DNA of 64,000 nucleotides, from assembly GCA_963718235.1 (NCBI GenBank), contig CAVQYR010000001.1, positions 384,001-448,000 on the forward strand, given 5' to 3'. The notes under the pieces were generated by a model. That model worked only from the letters and a program-made list of their open reading frames with translations. It made no database searches and was not told where the DNA came from. This document shows, one piece after another, positions 1-9,029 of the stretch (position 1 is the stretch's first letter; every line of letters starts with the position of its first letter). The position numbers were made by a program, and so were the translations under genes. This DNA comes from an uncultured Actinomycetota bacterium (GTDB lineage: Bacteria; Actinomycetota; Actinomycetes; JAHEKZ01).

Positions 1-2
1 TG

Positions 3-182
3 CGGCGCGCCGGGTTCGCTGAGGCCGACGAGATGTCAGATGTAGGTGTCCGTGAGCGAGTTGCGAGCTCAACCCGCGCCGGAGGGTTCAAGCTGCGGCT
101 GGCAGCACTCGAACACGCCAACGACAACCGATTGCTTCGATGGCTGGCACAGCGGAAGGTCGGCAAGCACGACTCCCGCTAG
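3..182 (+). CDS. possible 3' end of a gene truncated by the window edge
   Basis: Frame open from the window edge (RRAGFAEADEMSDVGVRERV...RWLAQRKVGKHDSR) to TAG at 180-182; no family recognised. Confidence 0.3.
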   Translation, partial: RRAGFAEADEMSDVGVRERVASSTRAGGFKLRLAALEHANDNRLLRWLAQRKVGKHDSR

Positions 183-383
183 CTCACGTGGTGCGAGCAC
201 GGAGCCAGTGACGACGCCGGCAGGCGACCTCCGAGGTAGAAGGGCCCTGACGAGGGTGCTGGCAATGGCCTGAAGTCTCATGCGCCGTCCCGCTGGGCGA
301 GGCGTCGCCCTTCCAGCCGCCTCGTCGCCGACGGCGCACGTGCAAGAGGACCCTGCGGATCAATCCCATAGGCTTGGCTGGTC

Positions 384-1274
384 ATGGATACGACGAGGCC
401 TCCCGACCGTTCCGGCGCGCTCGCGCGACTGGTCGACGGCCCGCGGTTCAACGGTGCGATCGCCGCAGTCATCGTCGTCAATGCCATCATCCTGGGTCTC
501 GAGACGTATCCCGGAGTGGTCGCTGAGCACGGGGCTGCCCTGCTGCGCCTCAACGAGATCTTCTACGCCGTGTTCCTCGGTGAGCTGGTGCTGCGCTTCG
601 CTTCGTACCACCGCCGACCGTCGGACTTCTTCCGCAGCGGATGGAACGTGTTCGACCTCGTCGTCATCGGCGCCGTGCTCATCCCCGGGGTGCGCGAGCA
701 GGCACAGCTGCTTCGCATCCTGCGCCTGGCCCGAATCGTCCGGCTGGTCCGATTCCTTCCTGATGCCCGCGTGCTCGTCCTCACTGTCATCAAGTCGATT
801 CCCTCGTTGTTCAGCATGGTCGTGCTCGTCGTCCTGCTGATGTTCATCTACGGAATGGTGGGGTGGGCGGCCTTCGGGGAAGCGCTGCCTGAGACCTGGG
901 GAACGATCGGTCGGTCGATGCTGACTCTGTTCGTACTGCTCACGTTGGAGAACTTCCCGACGTACCTCGCCGAGGCTGAGGGTGTCAGCGCATTCGCGAT
1001 CCCGTACTTCCTCTCCTACCTTCTCCTTGCCGCGTTCCTCGTGTTCAACCTGTTGATCGGGATCGTGATCAGCTCGATGGAGAAGGCCCGAACGCACTAC
1101 GCGAACGAGAGCGCCGACGCGGATCGCCCCTCGGGGTCCGAGCCGCTCGCATTGGCGACCGGCGACGGACTGCAAGGGAAGATCCAAGAGGTCCGTGCGG
1201 CACTCGATGCGCTGGAGGGCGAGCTGCAGAGTCGAGGCCCGGTCTCCGACTCGGCGAACGGCAGGAGGGAGTAG
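384..1274 (+). CDS. voltage-gated ion channel, BacNav-like (Ion_trans)
   Basis: Six hydrophobic segments, WNVFD in S3, S4 RILRLARIVRLVR, pore motif LTLENFP, FNLLIGIV S6, C-terminal coiled-coil-like helix. Confidence 0.9.
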   Translation: MDTTRPPDRSGALARLVDGPRFNGAIAAVIVVNAIILGLETYPGVVAEHGAALLRLNEIFYAVFLGELVLRFASYHRRPSDFFRSGWNVFDLVVIGAVLIPGVREQAQLLRILRLARIVRLVRFLPDARVLVLTVIKSIPSLFSMVVLVVLLMFIYGMVGWAAFGEALPETWGTIGRSMLTLFVLLTLENFPTYLAEAEGVSAFAIPYFLSYLLLAAFLVFNLLIGIVISSMEKARTHYANESADADRPSGSEPLALATGDGLQGKIQEVRAALDALEGELQSRGPVSDSANGRRE

Positions 1275-1307
1275 CCGACCACCGAGGGTGACAGCCTCGG
1301 CGGTCGG

Positions 1308-2660
1308 TCACCTGGCCTTTCCCTGGTCTTGCGACGGACGCTCGAACAGGCGACTGACGGTGGCCCAGGTGCGACCGGAGCGCGCCCGCTCCGGAGCGGC
1401 CCAGTCCGCGCAGGCGACCCCGGTGTCCGGGCTGGTGCGGTGCTCGCTGAGCATCTCGGCCCACAAGGGCTCGATCAGCTGATAGGTGACGAGCCGCTCG
1501 AGGTCGTGGTAGACGCCGTACCCACGCGCTGTCAGGTGGTAGCCATCAGGCGCGCACCGCAGCAGGCCGGCGAGCGCGAGCGAAGCGAGACCGGCCCTGG
1601 CACAGCCCGCAACGGTGCTGCCAAAGGAGTGATCGAGGCCTCCAGGGTCGATCCGGCCGGAGTAGGCCTGCCAGAAGGCGTCGTACGCCGCGCCGGCCCA
1701 AGGACCGAGATGCAGCCACCGGGCCACGGGGAGCCGACCAGCCTCGACGGCGTCGGCGTAGGCGGTGACCCCGAAGTGGTTGACGTAGAAGTCCCTCCCG
1801 GCGAACGAGGAGCTACCGGCCCCCATTCCAAGGAACCGACGCCGGGTGATCGAGGTGTACGCCGGTGCCCCACGACGGTTGAACGTCCAGACCGAACGTC
1901 GTTCGTAACCCATTCGCCGGGCCAGAGCTGACACCTGGGCCAGCACGGCATGCTCCTTGCGCCGGTCATGGCTGGCGGTCCCGAAGGGCGTGTAGCCGAA
2001 GCGCATCAGCGGGTACGTCGACACCTGGTCGACCCCCAGGTCGAAGCAGGTTCGGGCGTCGGCGATGAAGGCACCGGGGAAGGCCCCTTGCTCCTCCCAG
2101 GCCACGTCGACGATGAGATCGACGTCGACGCAGTCGAACTGCCCCAACGAGGCCTCGACGGCGGCGAGGCTGGTGGCGGCGTCGTGCGGGCGGTGCAGTC
2201 GCTCCAGCACACCGTCGTGGAAGGACTGCGCTCCGATGCTCACTGCCGTGAACCCCATCTCGGCGAGCCGGCTCAACCTGGCTGGAGTGCCATGGGTGGG
2301 GAGCACCTCGATCGCTCGCTCGCCGGAGACCGGGATTCTCCGGACGAGGTCGGCCAGGTCGTCTGGGTACAGGGTGGGCGTGCCTCCACCGACGTACAGC
2401 GACGTGAAAGGCCGGCCTCGAGCCGCCTCGTACTCAGTGACGTACCAGTCGATCTCGCGCTGCAGTGCGGCGAAGTACCGACGAGCCAGCGCGTCGACCG
2501 CCTTCACCTTGTTGTAGGGGCAGAAGGGGCAGATCCACTCGCAGAAGGGCACGTGGACGTAGGCACCGATCGGGCCATCGAACGAAGCCATGATGTCTAC
2601 CGGGCGCAGATCCTGGGCGTGACCGACGCCCGGGGTCACCCCTTCGTGGACCAGGGACAC
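1308..2660 (-). CDS. HemN-like (class C) radical SAM enzyme, candidate menaquinone methyltransferase (MenK/MenK2-like)
   Basis: YVHVPFCEWICPFC (CxxxCxxC), GGGTPT, QVSTYPLM, RRSVWTF, FLGMGAGS; GAGGAGG RBS before the GTG start. Confidence 0.8.
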   Translation of the reverse strand: MSLVHEGVTPGVGHAQDLRPVDIMASFDGPIGAYVHVPFCEWICPFCPYNKVKAVDALARRYFAALQREIDWYVTEYEAARGRPFTSLYVGGGTPTLYPDDLADLVRRIPVSGERAIEVLPTHGTPARLSRLAEMGFTAVSIGAQSFHDGVLERLHRPHDAATSLAAVEASLGQFDCVDVDLIVDVAWEEQGAFPGAFIADARTCFDLGVDQVSTYPLMRFGYTPFGTASHDRRKEHAVLAQVSALARRMGYERRSVWTFNRRGAPAYTSITRRRFLGMGAGSSSFAGRDFYVNHFGVTAYADAVEAGRLPVARWLHLGPWAGAAYDAFWQAYSGRIDPGGLDHSFGSTVAGCARAGLASLALAGLLRCAPDGYHLTARGYGVYHDLERLVTYQLIEPLWAEMLSEHRTSPDTGVACADWAAPERARSGRTWATVSRLFERPSQDQGKAR

Positions 2661-2842
2661 GGGATCCTCCTCAGCCGCTCACCTCACTGTCCGGCGCGGC
2701 CGACCGCGACCGCCAGGGGCGTTTGGCCCCGCCCGATGCTGAAGAAGCGCCCGCGACCGGCGGATGTCCTTGGGTGCGTGGTCTGAGCCTCAGGCGGCGT
2801 TAGGGCCGGACACGTCGGGCGGGCCCGGGGTCCTCGGCTCGG

Positions 2843-5611
2843 TCAGGGGCGAACGACGACGGTCCAGGTGATCGCCGTACCTGCCGCGGAGTTGGCGTTG
2901 GCGACCAGGCCGCCGCACGGTCCGACGGGCTGGTCGCCTCCGCTGTCGGCCGACAAGGTAGAAAGTGCCCCACCGGCACTGCCGAACGTCGTGCCCCGTA
3001 CCGACACCCCAGCAGGTGGGGTCCACGACGTAGTCGTGCCCGAGGACTTGTCAACCCAGTACGAGACGACCCAGGACCCTTCGGCGATGACCTCGCCCGC
3101 CGGCGTGGTGTGGGTGCCGGTGGCGAGCTGTCCGGCGGAGGTCGCCGTTGCGAAGCCAGCACCGGTGACTCCCCGGTAGGCCAGGACCTCCAGGGCCACC
3201 TTCGCCGCGCCGCCACTGATGGGAACCTGGATCGTCGCGCCCGCGTCACCGTCGGCCGCCACGCGGCTCAGGACCCGGGTGACCTGGCTCCCGGTGACCT
3301 GTTGCCCGACAACGGACCAGCCGGGCGGATCCGTGGCTGGTCGGCTCGTGGAGTTGACGCTGAGGAACAGGAGAAGTCCGTCACCGCCCTGCACGTCGGA
3401 CGGGACGGTGACCTTGGCCAGCTTGGTGCTGGCGTTGGTCCGCGTGCCGCCGACGAAGTTCAACGTCGGAGGCGGCGGAGGGGTGGCCGAGACCGTGACG
3501 TCGCGCGTGATGACGTCAGTCAGCGAGGCCTCGTCGGTGACGGTGAGGACCACGGCGTAGACCCCGTCGTCGGCATAGGTGTGCGAGACGAACGGACCAC
3601 TGGACGTCGTCCCGTCGCCGAAGTCCCAGGCGTAGGTGGCGAGCGGGCTGTCCCCCTGGGTCGAAACGGACCCGTCGAAGGACACGGCGACGCCATCGGC
3701 GACCCATGAGAACGCCGCCGTGGGTCCAGGACCGCTCTGGCTGCCCACCCGCCGGGCCGGCGGGATCCCCGAGACTGGCTCGTCCCGGAGCAACCAGACC
3801 GGGTTCGAGCCCGCGACGATCGTGCCTGAGCCGTTACGGACGACGGCCCGGACGAAACAGCTCGACCGGGTGTCCACATCCACGTCGACGAAGCCGGCTG
3901 CGAACGAGCCGGCCGGGAACGTCGTCGCTGTGGTGACCGGGTCCGGGACGGACGCACCGGCGTAGTCGACGACGCCGCGGACCACCTGGACCGAGCCACC
4001 CGACGGCAGTCCAGCGGCGACCACCCGCACCGTCCGCGAGGCGACCGGCTCGACACTGACCGACCCCATGGGGATGGTTCCGTCGACGAGGAGGTCGAGC
4101 TGACCCCTGAAGCCGTTTGGATCTCCAAAGTAGACCCGACCCGAGGCCAGCGAGTGCGTGAGCGCCGGAAGCTCGGTGGTGTCCGCCCACGCCCAGGTGA
4201 AGAAGTTCGTGACCTGGGTCAGCCAGCTCTTGCCACTGTGGTCATCGCTGACTCCCGTTCCGGTGAGGAACACCGCATTGCGGGACAGGGCGTCCCACAG
4301 CGAGAGGTATCCCTCGATCGCCACTCCACCCTTCGTGGGGAGCCCGACCTCGAGGATGTCGCAGCCGTACGCCCGGTTGGTGATCAGGTCGGTCGCGGTG
4401 CTGCGACGCAGCGCGTCCTGCGCGGACTGGCTCGAAAGACTGCCCACGCCGTTGCCGAACGGGTGGTTGTAGCTCGCCACCCCGCCGGCCTGGTGGACCT
4501 GAGCGGCCGCAGCGATCATCGCACCGACACTGGCGTCGGCCTTCCACGGCGGCGAGGTCGGGGCCGGCAGCGTGAGCGTGCCACCGAACCAGTTCATGTG
4601 CTCGCGCAGCATCGACCACTCGAGTGCGACATGCTGGGTCACCGTGGGGAACCGCGTTGCGTACGACGCGGCAAGGTCTTTCTGCAGAGCCAGGACCTCT
4701 TGCGGCGACTTGCGGACTCGGTTGAACCGCAGATGGTCGACGACGACGTCGGTGCGGGTGCCGAGCCGGGAGCCGACGCCGATCCCGATCCCGTAGAGGG
4801 AGGAGTCACGACCGTCGAACCAGGGCCACAACGCGGCCATGTCCTGCACGGGGTCGATGGTCAGCGTCGTCCAGGATCCGGACGAGGCGGGGATCGTGAC
4901 GATGCCGTTGCGCCCCTGGGCCACTCGACTCCCGGCGCTCCGGTCGCCACCGACGCGGTACTCCAGCGTGTACGTACCGGCGGCTTGCCCCCCGCCCGCC
5001 GGGCGCTGGGAGGTCGTGATGAACACGCCGAGGTATCCGTCGGCCCCGACCGTGACCGGCAGCACGTCGAGCTCGAGGGTGGTTCCGTCCAGCGACGTCC
5101 GGAACAGGCTGTTGTACTGCGCGCCGTTCAGCCGGTAGGTGGCGTAGGAGCTGGCCGTGCTGCGTCCGACCAGGCGAAGCGCGGAGGAGCCACTCGGATC
5201 GGTGGGCGAGATCGGGCTTCCGACGAAGGTGGCCGACTTCTCGGAGAACGTTCCCGCCGTGGCGGCCGTCCAGGTCCAGCTCAGCCCGTTCTCGGCCTCG
5301 GAGAGCCCGTTGAAGTGGATGACCTGGCGGGCTCCGGACGCCGTCATCCGGAACTCGTGCTCGGTCCACCAGACCACGTCGACGGCGTTGCGCGCCGCTT
5401 GGTCGAGCTGTGCCTCCATGCTCGCCGTACCCTCGCTGAAGCACGCATGGATGTGCATCGCCATCGACCAGGGGCGCAGGACGGAGGCGTCGCCGAGCAA
5501 GGCAGGCGACAGCGCCGTCGGTGTGCGAAGCAGGTGACCCAGCGGTCCGACGGCCCCCATGGCCAGGGTCCCTCGGAGGAACGATCGACGACTGATGGTC
5601 GGCAGCTGCAC
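2843..5611 (-). CDS. Tat-exported PHP-family metallohydrolase with PKD domain and C-terminal beta-rich domain
   Basis: SRRSFL Tat motif; PHP motifs MHIH, TEHE, YNHP, SDDH; PKD motif YAWDFGDG...HTY. Confidence 0.8.
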   Translation of the reverse strand: MQLPTISRRSFLRGTLAMGAVGPLGHLLRTPTALSPALLGDASVLRPWSMAMHIHACFSEGTASMEAQLDQAARNAVDVVWWTEHEFRMTASGARQVIHFNGLSEAENGLSWTWTAATAGTFSEKSATFVGSPISPTDPSGSSALRLVGRSTASSYATYRLNGAQYNSLFRTSLDGTTLELDVLPVTVGADGYLGVFITTSQRPAGGGQAAGTYTLEYRVGGDRSAGSRVAQGRNGIVTIPASSGSWTTLTIDPVQDMAALWPWFDGRDSSLYGIGIGVGSRLGTRTDVVVDHLRFNRVRKSPQEVLALQKDLAASYATRFPTVTQHVALEWSMLREHMNWFGGTLTLPAPTSPPWKADASVGAMIAAAAQVHQAGGVASYNHPFGNGVGSLSSQSAQDALRRSTATDLITNRAYGCDILEVGLPTKGGVAIEGYLSLWDALSRNAVFLTGTGVSDDHSGKSWLTQVTNFFTWAWADTTELPALTHSLASGRVYFGDPNGFRGQLDLLVDGTIPMGSVSVEPVASRTVRVVAAGLPSGGSVQVVRGVVDYAGASVPDPVTTATTFPAGSFAAGFVDVDVDTRSSCFVRAVVRNGSGTIVAGSNPVWLLRDEPVSGIPPARRVGSQSGPGPTAAFSWVADGVAVSFDGSVSTQGDSPLATYAWDFGDGTTSSGPFVSHTYADDGVYAVVLTVTDEASLTDVITRDVTVSATPPPPPTLNFVGGTRTNASTKLAKVTVPSDVQGGDGLLLFLSVNSTSRPATDPPGWSVVGQQVTGSQVTRVLSRVAADGDAGATIQVPISGGAAKVALEVLAYRGVTGAGFATATSAGQLATGTHTTPAGEVIAEGSWVVSYWVDKSSGTTTSWTPPAGVSVRGTTFGSAGGALSTLSADSGGDQPVGPCGGLVANANSAAGTAITWTVVVRP

Positions 5612-5760
5612 GATGCCCTCCCGTTCGACGCGGCCCCCAGGTCACGTCGAACCTGTCGGACCCGGCCGGTCGTGAGTGCATCGTCCACCGATCAGGCGTC
5701 GCACCAAGGGAGGCGCGCCGAGCCCTCTGGCTGGAGCCAGCAACCACCTCTCGCCGGATG

Positions 5761-5800
5761 CACCGAAGGGCCCAGCAGACGACCGCCAGGCCCTTCGGTG
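5761..5800 (-). terminator. stem-loop downstream of the amidohydrolase gene
   Basis: 12-bp inverted repeat CACCGAAGGGCC (5761-5772) / GGCCCTTCGGTG (5789-5800). Confidence 0.6.
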
Positions 5801-5818
5801 ATGCCGGTTCGACCCGGG

Positions 5819-7741
5819 TCAGGGGCGCGCTCCTGCGGTGCACGGGCACCCGGCGTGCCGGCCCACCTTCAGGTCGCCATGGTTCAGCCGTCCTCGTCCC
5901 GTGACCTTGGCGGCAGCGGCAGTGAGCGCAGCGGATCGCACGACCGCCTTACCGGAGCTGGTGCCGATGTCGAACGTGCGCTTGCCCGCGAGCATGGTGA
6001 GCTGTGGCGTTGCCTCGTTGATCTGCGACACGGGTCCACGGGTGATGTCCCGGTCGAGCAGAACCAGGTCGGCCTGCTTGCCCACCTCGAGGGTGCCGGT
6101 GGTTCGGTCCTGGTGGAGCTGGTAGGCCGTACCTGCGGTGTGCATGCGCAGCGACTGGCGACGGCTGATCCCCTGGTCGGGGTTCAGCGGCTCGTCCTCG
6201 CCGTAGATGCCGAACCGGTCGATGGCTGTCTGCACCTGGTTCCAGGGGTAGAGCGGGTCGACCGGCCAGTCCGAACCGCCGGCGAGGCGTGCCCCGGCAT
6301 TCAGCATGCTCTTGGCGGGGTACATCCGAGCGTGCCGCTCTGCGCCGATGAACGGTAGGAGCGCCTCCATCGTCCAGACGTTGCGTGTCGCCCACTGCAG
6401 CTGCATGTCCGGGACGACGTCGAGCTGCTTGAAGCGCCCGTAGTCGTCGGGATGGACCAGCTGCAGGTGCGCGATGGTGTGGCGGTTGCCCCGCGGGCCG
6501 TTGGTGCGTCGGGCGATCTGGAATCCGTCGAGCGCCGCACGCACGGCTCCGTCACCAATGGCATGTGTGTGGACCTGCCAACCCGCCTTGTCGAAAACCG
6601 TGGCGAATCGGCCCAGGGTCTCGCCGTCGACGTACAGCGACCCGTAGTTGTCGGTGGGAACACCGTCGGCGTCCAGGTAGGGATCAACGAGGGCCGCTGT
6701 TTGTGCCGGGTACTCGATGACGCCATCCATGAACACCTTGACCGTCCCGAAGGACATGTTCGGGGTGGAGCCGTACGAGGTCGCGAGGTCGCGCGCCCAC
6801 TCCAGGACCGACGTCGGGTCGGAGACCGCCTCTGTGGGGATCATGAGCGCGGGTACGACCCGCTGGAGGAGGTCTCCGTTCGAGGCCAGCGCAGCGTAGA
6901 AGTCCAGCTGCCAGTCGTCGACCCATGCGTCGAGGATCGACGTGATCCCTCCTGCTGCCATCTGCGCGTAGGCCCACTGGAACGCCGTGTACATCTGCTC
7001 GGGAGTCGCCTCGGGGATGTACTGCCGGACCAGGCCCTGGGCCTCGTCCTTGAGGACACCGGTGGGCTCGCCGGACTTGTCGCGGACGATCTCGCCTCCG
7101 GTCGGGTCCGGTGTGTTGGCATCGATGCCGGCGATGCTCAGCGCGCGGCTGTTCACCCAGAGGTTGTGCCCGTCCGAGCCGTTGAGGGCCACTGGTCGAG
7201 CGGTGGGCAGCGAGTCGAGGATGCTCTTGTTCGGCAGGGTGTCCGCTGGCGTGCCTGCGGGGTTCCATCCCTCGACGACGAGCCAGCTGTCCGGCTCGGC
7301 GCCGTACATCGGGTCCTGCAGGAAGGTGCTGACGAGCCCCTGCACCTCGGCCCCGGTGAGCTCGGCGTCCTCGAGCGAGGGGTTCATCGCGCGCAGGCCC
7401 GCGTACATCGGGTGGGCATGGCCGTCCTGGACTCCCGAGAGGACCGTCCCCCCGTTGCCGTCGACGATCTCGGTCGTCGACGTCCGGAACCGCTTGAGGC
7501 TCTGGTAGCCACCTACGCCGAGGACTCGGCCGTTGGCCCCCACGGCAATGGCCTCGGCCACGGTGCCGCGCGAGTCGCCGACGAAGACCCGCGCGTTGCG
7601 GATGATCGTCGCTGCCCGGTTGCAGCCTCCGCGGCGGGGTGCGGCAGCTCCGGCCGCGGCGGGCGACAGTCCTACGGCCGCGCCCGCACCGGCGGCGCCG
7701 AGGCCACCGAGGAAGAGGCGTCGGCTGATGTCTTGGCTCAT
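5819..7741 (-). CDS. Tat-exported amidohydrolase (Amidohydro_3, YtcJ/NfdA-like)
   Basis: ISRRLFL Tat motif; DGHAH, KVFMDG, HAIGD, HTIAH, GSDWPV, GTLEVGKQADLV. Confidence 0.9.
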   Translation of the reverse strand: MSQDISRRLFLGGLGAAGAGAAVGLSPAAAGAAAPRRGGCNRAATIIRNARVFVGDSRGTVAEAIAVGANGRVLGVGGYQSLKRFRTSTTEIVDGNGGTVLSGVQDGHAHPMYAGLRAMNPSLEDAELTGAEVQGLVSTFLQDPMYGAEPDSWLVVEGWNPAGTPADTLPNKSILDSLPTARPVALNGSDGHNLWVNSRALSIAGIDANTPDPTGGEIVRDKSGEPTGVLKDEAQGLVRQYIPEATPEQMYTAFQWAYAQMAAGGITSILDAWVDDWQLDFYAALASNGDLLQRVVPALMIPTEAVSDPTSVLEWARDLATSYGSTPNMSFGTVKVFMDGVIEYPAQTAALVDPYLDADGVPTDNYGSLYVDGETLGRFATVFDKAGWQVHTHAIGDGAVRAALDGFQIARRTNGPRGNRHTIAHLQLVHPDDYGRFKQLDVVPDMQLQWATRNVWTMEALLPFIGAERHARMYPAKSMLNAGARLAGGSDWPVDPLYPWNQVQTAIDRFGIYGEDEPLNPDQGISRRQSLRMHTAGTAYQLHQDRTTGTLEVGKQADLVLLDRDITRGPVSQINEATPQLTMLAGKRTFDIGTSSGKAVVRSAALTAAAAKVTGRGRLNHGDLKVGRHAGCPCTAGARP

Positions 7742-8472
7742 GTTCGGCTCCTGCTGGATGGGATGGATACGGGATCACTGACGGTGGGACTGCGAGGGTG
7801 GCGGGAGGTGTCGCTGGGGTGAGGCGTCCGTGAGGCGACGCCGTCGAGGAGGAGCTCGAGGGCGTCGCTGAACGGGTCACTCTGTGGGGTGAGGTAGGGC
7901 CGCGCGGCAGCGATGTGGGGATAGCGGTCGGCCGGCAGATGACGGTAGGTGGTGGTCCATGCCCGGTCGTCGTGGTCCTGGGTGTCCGGGGGCAGGGACA
8001 AGTAGGCCGCGCTCAGCCCGGCCCAGGCCAGCGTCGTGTCGCCGAGCGCCCGCCAGACCACCACTGCCTCCTCACCGGAGAGGCCCGCATCGGAGAGCGT
8101 GGCCAGCACCCGTTCGATTCCCCGGGCCTCGTCGAGGCCCTGGGTGGTGCGAGCCGAGACCAGGACCGCCAGGCGCGGGTGTCGCAGCAACCCGCGGTAG
8201 AGCTCTTGACCGAGCGAGCGCAGCGTCGCGCGCCAGTCCAGCTCGTCCGGCACGGCGTCGAGAGCCTCACCGATCAGGTGGTCGGCGAGAGAGAGCAGCA
8301 GGTCGTCCTTGCTGCGGAAGTGGCGGTACACCGCCGTGGGGTCGGCGCCGAGCTCGGCACCGAGTGCCCGGAAGGTGAGCCCGGTCTCGCCCTCCCGGTC
8401 GATCAGGGCCAGGGCCGCCCTCCTGATCAGCTCAGGCGACAGCTGCGGGCGGCTGCGGGTCGTCGGGGGCAC
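7738..8472 (-). CDS. TetR/AcrR family regulator (TetR_C type)
   Basis: N-terminal HTH LTFRALGAELGADPTAVYRHFRSKDDLL; overlaps the amidohydrolase start by 4 bp. Confidence 0.92.
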   Translation of the reverse strand: MPPTTRSRPQLSPELIRRAALALIDREGETGLTFRALGAELGADPTAVYRHFRSKDDLLLSLADHLIGEALDAVPDELDWRATLRSLGQELYRGLLRHPRLAVLVSARTTQGLDEARGIERVLATLSDAGLSGEEAVVVWRALGDTTLAWAGLSAAYLSLPPDTQDHDDRAWTTTYRHLPADRYPHIAAARPYLTPQSDPFSDALELLLDGVASRTPHPSDTSRHPRSPTVSDPVSIPSSRSRT

Positions 8473-8478
8473 CGGGCG

Positions 8479-8517
8479 ACTGTGGCCGACGTCCAGGTCG
8501 TTGTCAACACCGTTGAC
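8479..8517 (-). promoter_or_regulatory. leaderless sigmaA-type promoter of tetR with overlapping palindromic operator
   Basis: Minus strand TTGACA (8507-8502), 17 nt, CACAGT (8484-8479), 6 nt, GTG start; palindrome GTCAAC-acc-GTTGAC at 8503-8517. Confidence 0.7.
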
Positions 8518-8586
8518 TCTGAGTCGTTCCAGCCGTACCGTGGGTCACGGTCAGGACGACCGTCAGCAGACTTCCGAGGAGATGAC

Positions 8587-8988
8587 ATGTCGGTTCACAA
8601 GGACGCGAGCATGGCCGCCGTGGGTTGGACCGTCTTCGCGGCGACCATGATGCTCATCATCGGGTCCTTCTGGATCATCGCCGGGCTGGCAGGAGTCATC
8701 GGCGACAACACGGTGGTGGTCACCCAGGACTACGTCTTCGCCTTCGACACCACCACCTGGGGCTGGATCCACCTGCTGGTCGGCCTGCTCGTCCTGCTGG
8801 CGGGCTTCGGTTTGTTCAGTGGGGCAGTCTGGGCTCGTACGGTCGGCGTGGTCATCGCGGTGGTCAACGCGATCGTGGCCTTCGCGTGGCTTCCGCACTA
8901 CCCGTTCTGGGCGATCACGATCATCGCCATCGACATCGCCGTGATCTGGTCGCTGACCTCACACGGTCGAGACATCACCCGAGCCTGA
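8587..8988 (+). CDS. small four-TM membrane protein (DUF7144-like)
   Basis: GAGGAG RBS then ATG 8587; TTWGWIHL, WARTVGV, YPFWA motifs. Confidence 0.8.
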   Translation: MSVHKDASMAAVGWTVFAATMMLIIGSFWIIAGLAGVIGDNTVVVTQDYVFAFDTTTWGWIHLLVGLLVLLAGFGLFSGAVWARTVGVVIAVVNAIVAFAWLPHYPFWAITIIAIDIAVIWSLTSHGRDITRA

Positions 8989-9029
8989 GTCACCACGGAG
9001 CTGTCGTCGGTGGTCGTTAGCATCGTGGG

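Noticed and set aside
4154-6358. Long ORFs antisense to real genes (734 aa here; also 6452-7822, 12758-13867, 33073-34479, 55035-56636 and others)
   Set aside because: Shadow frames typical of high-GC DNA; no recognisable motifs, and the opposite strand holds clear family members
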